From Nymphaea colorata (Eukaryota): a stretch of DNA of 64,000 bases. The notes beneath the pieces are model-generated. The model did not search any database. It was not told where the DNA came from and was given only the letters and a program-made list of their open reading frames with translations. Below are positions 39,053 to 49,911 of this stretch, one piece after another. The position numbers and the translations under genes were made by a program. Within the stretch, counting starts at the first letter, position 1. Every line of letters starts with the position of its first letter. The DNA lies in NCBI RefSeq assembly GCF_008831285.2, contig NC_045138.2:18724001-18788000 (forward strand), given 5' to 3'.

Positions 39053-42000
39053 TTTTGTGCACAGAGAGAGAGAGGGAGAGATGAACTGGTGATGCATGAG
39101 ATCTAGCAGTTTGGTTTAAGTAAATAGAGATGGCTTGCATGAGACTGGAGCAGTCTGCTGGCAAACAAATAAGTACCACCTACTTTGAATTTATAGAGAT
39201 TGCCTGTCCAATTAAACGAAACTTCTTGCAGAAGTTGAATAGCTGGGACCTGAATGCCTTGGTTTTGGTCGGATTTGAGGCTGTTAATTACCATATCCCA
39301 TCTCAAGGCAGTTGGCCTGATCTAGACCAATTCACAGAAGGGGACAAAGATACAACATCAATTAATTTGGCCCCGTGTTTTTATTTTGAAAGCTTCTCGA
39401 GAACGCTTCTCCTAGCCATAATTGTTCTAGGTAGCACCTTCACTTCAATATTGTCTATTTGACAAACTTCAATTGTTATATTTCGTTAATGAGGTGCAAA
39501 GATTGCTTGTATATATTTAATTCTGTTGCTTGAATTGGCGACTCAAGTCCTATTGGTGGCTATTTCACGCGTCATGTTTTAACTAATTTTTTGAAGAAAT
39601 CTTAAGAACGTACTTATTTTTAATTACTTCTTCATACCTTCCATTTATTTTCTTTCAAATAAATAAATATTTTTCTCGATCAAATCACAATCGATCGGCT
39701 TAATCATTGAATTGGTAGACTTGATTTCCAAAAGTGATTGATATCTTGTAATTAACGTTGATTTAACTTTTGTCCTCGATGTTATCTGTCGACAGACTTG
39801 GCCAGATTCTCGCAGGTTATTTGAAATCCTACTTAACAGAACCGTTTTGAACTGAAAAGTTTAATTTTACAAGTTAATTCCAAAGAAATCGTTGGTATCC
39901 CATCGAAATGCAGATTAGATTTTATATGAATTTAAAATTAACAGCTTTAGATTGTTAAAAATTTGTCAAAAAAGTCATAAATGAGACTTAATCCATACAG
40001 CCACTATAAGAGATATAACTACTGCCGACGGCCTGAACTGCCATATGGTTTTGCAAGTGCATCCATGCATTAGCGACTCGAAGAAGAAGAAGAAGAATGT
40101 CTGTTCTTCTCATTGCTGAGAGAATCTTTGTTGATGGTGAGAAAAGTCACTACCCAATCAGGGATCGATTTTACAAACTATGATAATTTAATTTGAAAAT
40201 GTAGTTGTAAATTATTCACCATAAGTATATTTTAGATCTATAATAACTTTCCGCCTACAATTATTAACTTGAAGTTGTCTCGATGCTGATTCGTACCAAT
40301 TGTTAACTTTTTTAGGGTTGATCCTATCAATGAGAGGCGGCCGCCGTTCACCGGGGCTTCGGTCGCCGGCTCTTCTGTCATCAGGCCACCAATTCCCTCA
40401 TTCAAATGGTGGGATTAGCCTCTTGCTTCCCGCAAGATATGGGGGCATGCTAATGACTGCCGCCTGGTTGTACTTTTTCTGAAATTTTCTGTCCAGTTAA
40501 ATGAAATTTCCTGCCGAATGAAGTTTCGTGTCCTTCACTCTTGGAAGAACCGATGATGTGATTTTTGCTAGCACCACAGGTGGGGGCATAGATACTGAAT
40601 GCACATTTTTATATGGTTTAGATTAATTTATTTACTTTGCAAATAAATTTTTGGACTAGGATCGGGTCCATATCAATATTCACTGTTTGCATTGATCAAA
40701 ATCCAGAGGAGTTGCCAAATGTATGTTGATCAATAGTTCACCCCGAGTTAGTGAGACGAGAAATATTAGCATCTTCTACCACATCCATTTCACTTCCAAC
40801 AATGGGCTGTCTGTTTATCAACTAATCAAGAAAATAATGCGAAAGGTTCCCACTTCCAATCTTCTCAACCCTCTAGACTTTGCTGCTGAAAAATCTTCTG
40901 GGTAGACAATCCTCTGTTCTTCGTCATCGCCACTCTGCACCTATGTGCGGTCAGTAATCGTTAATTGACATTAGGAAGTAATTACCAAGTTCTTCATCCT
41001 CGCCGACACGATCTGTCTGTTCCTTAATTGGACCATCCAGAGGCTGAGAGGTTCATCATTCTTCTCCATCTCTGTCAATCTAGTAGTTCATCATGATATG
41101 ATGCTTTTCCTTTTTTCTTTTTTTTTTTTCCTGAACGAAGTTCTCTTGTGGATTTAGATATTTATAGTTCCATCTTGAAGCCAAGTCCACTGCTCAGTTG
41201 TTCACTGCTAATGCTAGATTTGCCGAAGCAAGAAAATAAAATGGTGGTGCTTATAGTCAACTACTCAAAAAGTTAGTGAAAATCTAGCTCCGATTAAAAA
41301 AGATCTTCATTTCCTTGTTCTCGAAGACGTGCAGTTTAGACGGTGCTCTTTGTAATGGAGTGGAGAGCTTCTTTAGATCCACAACTCGATCTGTAATTTG
41401 AGAAGTGAAGATCCAAACTCAAATCCGGCCAACTTCGTCCTCTTCATGCCTTCGAAGCCAACTTGGTCCTCTTAAATTTTTGCCGCTTTCCATTTTGTCT
41501 TCTCTCTTCCCCTCTTTCTCTCTGTAACTGTTCCACACGTTGTGATTTATTGCCTGGAGCCCACGTAGCACTTGATCCGCTATCCTCGACCATCTGAATT
41601 TTGCACCTCATCTTTCCCATCCAAAACTGGAATCCCAACGTCCTCCGTGTGAACCGTCTCCTTTTTTCCACCCCCCTTCTCTTTTGTTTTGCAGAAGAAA
41701 TTTTCTAATCCATCAGTTCGATCCTCAGAAAGGCCTGTTCTCGTTTCACTTTTTCTTCGTTGGGGATGTCTTTTTACTTCACTTCACTTCTTCTCAGGTA
41801 ATAGAACTCGGTTTTCCTGCTTCCACATATCAATAGTCGTCTCTCTGCAGAATTTCCCTCGCCTCTTTTCCCCTTTTTCTCCCCTGATTTTTTCGTTGCA
41901 GTGGGGCGCCTCTATTCCTTGTCTGAACACGAATTCTGGATCTGCCATCGTCAACCAAATAGATAGTCAGGGTTCCGTTTTCCTCGCACTTCAAAAAAAA

Positions 42001-42271
42001 AGAGATTGATCGCAGGACGAAGAGGGAGGAGCAAGGGAGAAAGGAACTAGAACGCTGAGTTTCTAACCGCGAATCTTCTCCTTCCACCACCATAACCAGA
42101 GGTTCGCTGTCCATTTCTGACCGGCTTCAGAAAGAAAAAGAAGAAGAGGAAGAAAATCCAAGTTGTCAGTCACCCAAATTCATCGATTTCAAGCAATCAA
42201 AAGACGAGGAAGAAGAAGCAAAGTAACCAAAAGAAACAGTGGAAGGCAGGTAAGAAGTAGGCAAAAGGAAA

Positions 42272-42994
42272 ATGTCGGGCGGCGTGGGTTCGGTGGCCGG
42301 CGACATGCGTCTGCCGGACGACAATGAGCCGCACGCCTCTTCCCCAGCGAACCCCTTGGAGAGCGCTTCTCGCAAATTCCATATCCTTTCCTTCCGGCAA
42401 CTTAACGTCCTGGCCATTATGATCGTCCTCGGCGCCAGCGGCATGGTCTCCCCCTATGACCTCGCCTTCTTCTTCTTCTCCATCGTCTACACCATCGTCA
42501 TAGCCCGCATCGCCTTCCCTTCTTCCGTTCCCCCCGTCCGCGTCTTCCGCAAGGGCAACAAGCTCCTCGGCGCCTACATGGCGGTCGCGGCGCTCGTCGG
42601 GCTCATCCTTCCGATCATCTACATTGTGGAAGGCGTCGTCGACGGCGACCAGGAGGGGATGAAGGCGGCTGTGCCGCACCTTTTCCTGCTCTGTGCCCAG
42701 GTACTGATGGAGGGCTGGTCCTACTCCAGCCAGTTTTCGACCCCGACTCAAGCGTTCGTGCCAATCTTCTACAACACCAAAAGGGTCTTCTCCATCGTCG
42801 ACTGGGTTCACGCAGAGCTCAGCAAAGAATCCGGCGACGTGGGATCCGTGCTCAGGCTGAGCATCGGCCGGGGCCTCGCTTTCGCCAACTTGGCACTCTG
42901 GTGCTTCAACCTCTTCTGCTTCCTCCTGCCGGTTTACCTCCCCAGAACCATGAAGGTTTACTTCCTAGGGAACAAGGAGAAGAAGGGCGCATGA
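42272..42994 (+). CDS. Intronless multi-pass membrane protein of unknown function, 240 aa
   Basis: GC3-rich intact ORF with several hydrophobic helices. MSGGVG start, FRQLNVLAI and WCFNLFCFLLPVYLPR resemble a conserved uncharacterised plant family (Arabidopsis At5g52420-like, from memory). Confidence 0.88.
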   Translation: MSGGVGSVAGDMRLPDDNEPHASSPANPLESASRKFHILSFRQLNVLAIMIVLGASGMVSPYDLAFFFFSIVYTIVIARIAFPSSVPPVRVFRKGNKLLGAYMAVAALVGLILPIIYIVEGVVDGDQEGMKAAVPHLFLLCAQVLMEGWSYSSQFSTPTQAFVPIFYNTKRVFSIVDWVHAELSKESGDVGSVLRLSIGRGLAFANLALWCFNLFCFLLPVYLPRTMKVYFLGNKEKKGA

Positions 42995-45264
42995 GAACGG
43001 ATCGAGCCGGCTGTTGTTGTCCAGTGGAGGGCTGGTATAGATTTTCATTTTAGTTTCCCCATGTATTTTGTTTGGTTTTGATATTGGTAGGAGCTCGTAT
43101 GATGGGATTTGGATCTCTTTGTTGTAAGATTTGGTTCTCTTGATTCTCGTTTCATGACCGTGCCACAGTGGTATGGTATGTTGGAGATAAAAACCTGATC
43201 TTCTTCTTCATATGATTATTAAACTCTTTTTATGCAATCTAACATATGATTTTGTTAACGATTTTACGAGGAACACAAGTCAGTCATTTTCCCGGTCCCA
43301 TATTCTGAGAGATACAAGAGCGGACCAGAAAATGCCTCCTTCATTTATACTTTGTCTGATCAAGTCTGTTTAAACTCATTATTTCCTTGATTAAATGCTA
43401 GGTTTTCTCTCCGAGTTTGCCTTCTTCGTCAAGTTATGCTGATTTTGGACAAGAACAAGAATCGGATTGCCTTTGAAGCGTTTTTGCCAAGTTTTGTCTA
43501 TTATCTGTAAAGAAAGAACGTGACTTTGTGGCCAAAATAATACTCGTTCATAGATAACATTGCAAATTGCTCTTAACTATATGACTCAGATTTGAAAGAA
43601 ACATTGCTATGTCTGTATTTCGCTCCTCGTTGTTTGCATATTATGGCGTGTGCTAGATCCATACTTGCAAGTTCCAAAGGAAATGCTAAATTTGTTTGAA
43701 GTATCGAAAATTTCATTGCCTCATCCTGCTGAATGGGGAACTTGAGTTAAGAAAGATGAGAAAAAAATTCTATGCATACGGCATACCAACTTCCAGCAAT
43801 TGTTGATGCCTCTAAAATAAGAATTTTCCTCCAGCATTCATAATAAAGCTTGGCTGTCTAAGGATGTTAGATTTGAGCGACAGTTTATATATCTGAGTTG
43901 CCAGAATCTTGGGAGAATGAGTTTAAAAGCACAAGGAAGCTATACTTAAATGTATCTTTTAAAAGCACAAGGAAGCTACCCAAACTAAGTGTTGAACTCG
44001 GTGATCTTCGGATTACGGACATTGAAGGTAGCGGGATTTAACTGTATGCAGATTCGCAGAAGGCAGCCACAAGTAACTTTTTAGGCATTTTTGCTTAGAA
44101 CAAATTTGTTCTGAAATATTTGCCTTAGAAAATAAGGTTGCACGGATATGCTTACAGCCTTACAGACTTACAGTCATCAACCATACTTTGGTGAAGAAGA
44201 AGGACAAAGCATTGCGCCACCTGAATAAATTCGCTCAGGTTGACAGAGAGAGGAAGAAACCGAAAATAGGCTGAATACTTGCAGCACGAGAAGAAATTAA
44301 AATTTAGCAGGGGAAATGGATGGCATATGTACTTGCAGATACTTCATGAAGGACCTGCTTCCACTAGTTCTTGCCGTCAACCTTGTGAACTAATGAAAAT
44401 TGGATGCTTCAGGTGTTAATGTCAACGGACGGTAGATTCAAGAAATAGGTTGAATTTCTCATGTTAGGAGAACTAGTTCTGTCGGATGCAGACTCTTGAG
44501 TGAAGCTCTAATCGGTGAAACCAACATCCCAGTTTGAACATTGAAACTGCAAATCTGCAAAGATAATCTTGAACTGCAACCACGCATTTACGAAGCGAGG
44601 AACTTTTCACCTTGCAATTAGGAGATACTCGTCACATGAAGGTCCGTAAATTTGGCTAAAGCAATGGCTTTGATGAATTTGATAGAAAATTTGACACAAG
44701 AACTAATAGCTCACGAAAGGGACCTAACGAAGTGGACAGAAACAACTGGCTATAAGATTCATGGTCCATGGACGATGGTCTTGTTTGAGACGGAGAGTAC
44801 CAATTCACTACCACTCGATCCCACTACATGTGGCGACTGACAGGTTGCTCTGAAATCAAGACAGCATAAAAAGAGAAGATGTTCACATCAAGGTTCTCAA
44901 ACTTGGGTACCTGGAGGGGGACTTGAATTACATAGCGAAGCCATTATCAGGCTCATCGTTCCAGCGGGCAGCTCTTGTTCTCCCCAGGGATTGACCAAAC
45001 AAATCCCAAACCGGCTACTGTGGTTATATGCATGAACATGATAATTGATATGCATGGTAACAAAAATCACTCATGTGTCCCCATTCATCCACGAAAAGCC
45101 AAGCCATAACATAAAAAACCACAGGGATAGGTAACAGGTCCAGCTGAAGAAAGAGTCATGGTGCTGCGACCTTCAGTTAGATAAAGCAACAACAGGTATT
45201 TACATCCCATCCTTTAGCTTGTAAAAACAAACTTTCTAGTACCATCCTCTCTCCCTCTCTGATT

Positions 45265-48260
45265 CTACGCAGACTCGTAGCCTCTGCTGGATTCCTCTGC
45301 TCTTCCACTGGGCCTCTGCTTTGGTGCAGCTAGGATGACTGACTCGCTTTGTGCACCCAACATCTGCTGCGATTCTCTGGATGGCACACCGAACGCCAAT
45401 TCACTCGTCACCCCTTTCATGTTGCTGAATATGTTGTTCTTACCTGCAAGCCACACAGAAGGACAGAAATTTTAATGGACAAAAGCAGTACTTGACACAT
45501 TACTTTGGATCGAGAACAAAATGAAATTCCGTCCCAGTATGATCTTACCGTGAATCCAAGAGACTGCTTGTACATGGTCACACTATATCTGGTTTCATGC
45601 AAAACCAAACGCATTTTTCTGGCAAATGGACCTTAAATCATTTTTGACAGAAGAAATTATTTTTATCGTCAAAACAAATTATAGATGCCATTTTACTTTT
45701 ATGAAAAATGATAAGTACATTCAGATTTCAATACGTTTGAATTCAGTTATGACGAATGTAGCAGTGTGACCCATGTTGTCTGATCGAAAGAATTAAGTAA
45801 TTTAATTCTACTTGACTCCGAGGCTCCTCCTACTCATTGTTGTGTTTTGCTGTCCTGTTGTTTTTTATAAGAAAAGAGTAGTTGAGCCGCTCTGTGAGTA
45901 TAACCCAAGTGTATCATGCATGTGTGAAACGAGTGAGGTGATCTCAGTTTTCAAATTGCAACTTAATTTATAGTACCTGCTACCATGTACTTGTGGTTGA
46001 AGCCGGAGTTGGTTTCGAAGCAGAGGATGTGAAGGTCTTCATCGGCGACAATAGCTAACGGGTGGCCCGCCGGTGCAACAAAGACGGTCATCGGCGACAG
46101 CTCCGCGCTTATTCTCTGGTATCTTGCTCCTTGCTCCTCATCCTCCTTCCCTCCCTCGTCGACACGAACCCTTGATGTGTGCTGTTCCTCTTCTCCACGA
46201 CCACGTTCGCTTGATCTCTCCTCCTCTTCCCCACCACTACCACCACCACCACCACGGTGTCCCTGTGACTCTGAAACGTGGGGACACGCCATTTCCATGT
46301 ATCCACGCCCGCGGATGATAATGGCGATCTTGGTAGCCCGAGAGTTGTAAGATGGAGCCAGCATTGATCCCTGTTAACACACCTTAATTTTAATCTGCCA
46401 CCATTTAACACGTATCGCCAAGAGCCACATTCATCACTCGAATGAAGACCAAGAAATCGATCTCCAGAAAAACCTTGTTTACAATTTATGCGCATTTAAG
46501 ACTATAAAAAAAACATCACACGTCTCTCCAACAACAAAAAAAAGAAAGCGATGTTCTTGACTGGCATTTGCATTATAAATGCAAGCAACTCGCCCCAAGT
46601 TGACGATGGAGATGGTGATAAAGAAAAGAAGGCATAAATAGACTTACAGCACAGATCTTGGCGAAGGAGATAGAAAGGTCATGGTTGTGGAGAGGTGCAT
46701 AGTCCCTGCTGCCCGCTTGGTATATCTGCCCACGGCTACTAGAGAACCAGGGCCGTTTGTTCAGCAGGCTGTAGGGCTGATCCTTACAAAAGAGTATACT
46801 TAAGGGCCAGATTCGAAAGATCCCATCTGAACTCGCACGCCTCAGCTCTTCCATTTGCTCCCGTGTTGCCTTCTCCGTCACACGCTTCTGGCGCTCAAGC
46901 AACCCCATCAAACGATCTGTCTTTGTCTGTCAAGTGAAAGAGAAACGCAATCAGAGAGAGAGAGAGAAATGTAGAGACAGAGAGAGGAAGAGTGAGTTTT
47001 CTACATTGAAAGCTGCTTCCAATATCTCTGGACTAAAGCTCTTGAAGAACGACTCTTGATCTTTTCTTCCAATGCCAAAGAAGCCCTGACAGCAGGATCC
47101 AGTGGTCAGAAAAATGCAAGAAACTGAATCTTTTCATGGAAGGACCAATTTCAATTTGAGCTCTTTAGATAGAGGAAAATGGATTTGGAAGACAAATATA
47201 CAAATAAAAAAAAAAGGTGTTTACCAGTTCCCCATCTCATTATCGAAGTAGTTCAAGAGCAAGACATGAAGCCAGAGGAATACCTTAGATCGGCCAGGGA
47301 TAGATGTTGTGTGAGCTAAGTTAAGAACACATAGGTTCTCATTCTCGTCTGTGGCGGCTGTTAAGATCAACGACCCTGCGGGAATTAACATGATATCCCC
47401 TTCCTTGACATTGAACAATTCCTGCTTCCCTTCCTTCACCATTCCTATGGTGCCCTTGCCTGCGCATATAACAACCAGTGTTAAGGGGAGAGATACAGCT
47501 GATAAAAGGAAAAGCTTCAATATTGCCCAGCTACATACCATTAAGAAAGCTTAGCAACCTTGCAGGAAAATTAGCACAAAAGAATTGAGCACGACTACCA
47601 CTCACCACTATAGACATAGATGATGGAGTCCGCGTCTGAGTGATGTGGAGCTACCACAATGTTTGGACTCACCATCGACCATGAGACTCTGTAGTTCTCC
47701 AAACCTTTGAGCATTTCCGACCTTTCAGCAAAATTTGGAAGCGTCCTCATGAAGCCTTCCTCCGAGGTATACCTAGGCGTGAAACTCTCCTTCTTCCACA
47801 CATAAGGGTTTTCTGTTTCCTCTTCCCCCTCTCCCTCCTTCAGCATTCCCTCCCCAGATCCGCTTCTGCCTCCCTGTTGCCGCCGCTCCTCCTCCTCTCT
47901 GCACTGGAGCTGGCAACGTCGCCTCTGCTCCTCATCCTCGCCCTCCCTCCTGCATTTCTCCCAGCAGTCTCGATCCGAGTTCCGGCCAGCACCGGCTCCT
48001 CCTTCGCAGAGGCGCCTGCACTCCTGCTGCTGCCGCTCGTCGCTGCCAGCTCTCCGGCATTGTCTCTCGCACTTCTCCTGGCCGCTTTCCTCGCAATGGT
48101 GCTCGCACATTTGGCGTTGGCTTTCATCTTCGTACTCGCGATGACAACGTTGCTTACATTCGCTCTGGGGGTCCCGCTCACTCGACACAAAGGACGGAAG
48201 AAGGAGAACTAGCGAGAGTGAGACTACCATGAAGAAGACGAGAAGAGTCCTGGACGCCAT
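45265..48260 (-). CDS. Vicilin-like 7S seed storage globulin (bicupin) with three N-terminal C-X3-C hairpin modules, 6 exons
   Basis: Exons 48260-47606, 47459-47284, 47085-47005, 46926-46648, 46370-45977, 45443-45265; all GT-AG with consistent phases. Signal peptide, Cys/Glu/Arg-rich leader, then NPYVW, LKGLENYRV, PHHSDADSI, EILEAAFN, GSMLAPSYNSRAT, EMACPH, VFVAPAGHP, AGKNNI. Confidence 0.95.
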
Positions 48261-48336
48261 TGTTCAGCGACAAGGAGGAAATTGAATATCAGAGAGAAAT
48301 AAAGAGCGCACATGAGCGAATCGAACACGGGAAGCT

Positions 48337-48457
48337 CCACGTTATATAGAGCTTGAACTTGCAGCAGTTGATGGTTTTGTCGCAGATAGGTGAAGCTTGA
48401 AGGCTTCCATGCATGGAGACGTGTGGGGGAGTTAAGAGACATGTGGGAGCGACGTGT
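48337..48457 (-). promoter_or_regulatory. Seed-type proximal promoter of the vicilin: TATA box, RY element and ACGT boxes
   Basis: TATATAA at 48348-48342. RY element CATGCATG at 48408-48415. GACGTGT at 48418-48424 and 48451-48457; ACGTGG at 48342-48337. RY plus ABRE/G-box is the established seed-maturation module (ABI3/FUS3/LEC2 with bZIP factors). Confidence 0.75.
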
Positions 48458-49911
48458 TTGAGATGCAAGGGCAGATGTCAAGTGCCTTCTCCATTGAAAT
48501 CGGAGCCGCCTGTGCAGAAGAAGGCAACAACATGAGTAGCGATATCATCGTCATCGTCATAGTCAATTTCATGCGGTCAGCACAGATCACCTGCGCTTAG
48601 TATCCTCCCATGGCTGGTTCTTCGACAGCTCGCAAAGGGCCGAGTTTTTATATTCAGAAACTGGTATCCATTAAAGTACGTGGAGAGTAGGTAAACCAGT
48701 GATACATCAGATCACGTTCTTCGCAGTCACCTGCATCTTCACCACGCGTTCTTCCGGTCCAGTTATATGCCTCTGCAGGTGCTGGAGTCACAGAAAGGTG
48801 TCAGCTTTGAATTCTCGTCATGGCAGACGATTCAGGAGAGGCATCAGATTAGCAGGTCATGTGAAACCTGGTTCAGCTTTTGGGTTAATTTCTAGACTTT
48901 TCCTTGGGCATTTATGACAAAAAATCTTCTGTTGGTCTCTTTGAAGAACCCATGATGAATTGTTACTCGTTTTACAGAATCGATTTTTCTATAGGAAGAA
49001 CTTCAACATAACATAGTAATGAGTGTCAAAGACACAAAGGCCGCCTTTCCTATTGACAAAGAGAAAGTCGCTGATCTGATTTCAAGTAGGTGAAGGGATA
49101 TAAATTCGTTTACCATTTCACAATCTTTTCTGTCTGATCTGCGTAACTTGTATATTTACTACACCTGGAATTTGGACTTATCTTGAGGATCTCAATCTTA
49201 ATTGAAGATGGTTCCGTCGATCCACCGTGGGGATCACTGGTATAGGGTTAATTTGGAGAAAAGATCCACAACGATATAAATTTATATCGAGTATGAACAT
49301 CCAAAAATTTTTGTAGACCAAGAAATATGGAAACGCATTTTACCCTATAAAATCAATTAGAATGATTCCTAAAGCTTTTAGCTTATAGAGATTCCTATAA
49401 AATAGTTGGATGACTCATTGGGAGCCTCTAATTATTTTTTTAAAATTAAAACTCTCAGGTAACAACTGGCTGCCAAATTAAATCAGTTTGCCATTATTCG
49501 ATTCAGAACAGCCGATTCTAATAAAACTGATGCTTACAGTAAATGAATCATCACCTTATTAGCAGGGTGCTTAATTTACTAAAGTAAATGAAAAACTTGG
49601 TGGCTAGATTGCATAGGCCATAGCTCGAGTCTCCCTTAAGCATTTTGCACGTAATCCTCCACCTGATCGACTAGTGTATCCTCACTCTCGTAACTTGGCT
49701 GGTTCCCTTCTCGTAATTAGATCATATTATGGCTTGACGATTGACAAAAGCAACTCTTTTATTGAACAATGTAATGACAAACATAGCTATGAGATCAAAT
49801 TGAACAAAACATCTCTTATTGCATCCGCAGAAGTGCCTATTGCATTAACCGCGAGAGCCAAGTGCAGACTATCAGTAGCAAAAAATCTGCACCTTCGCTC
49901 ATCCTACACTC

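Noticed and set aside
40750..41075. Exon-like purine-rich segments on the minus strand upstream of the NLR
   Set aside because: The implied intron is only about 45 nt and the peptides are unrecognisable; possibly UTR.
42166..42811. Minus-strand ORFs of 204 aa and 92 aa
   Set aside because: Shadows of the GC3-rich membrane-protein gene.
47840..48212. Alternative-frame and antisense ORFs over vicilin exon 1
   Set aside because: Explained by the GC-rich low-complexity leader.
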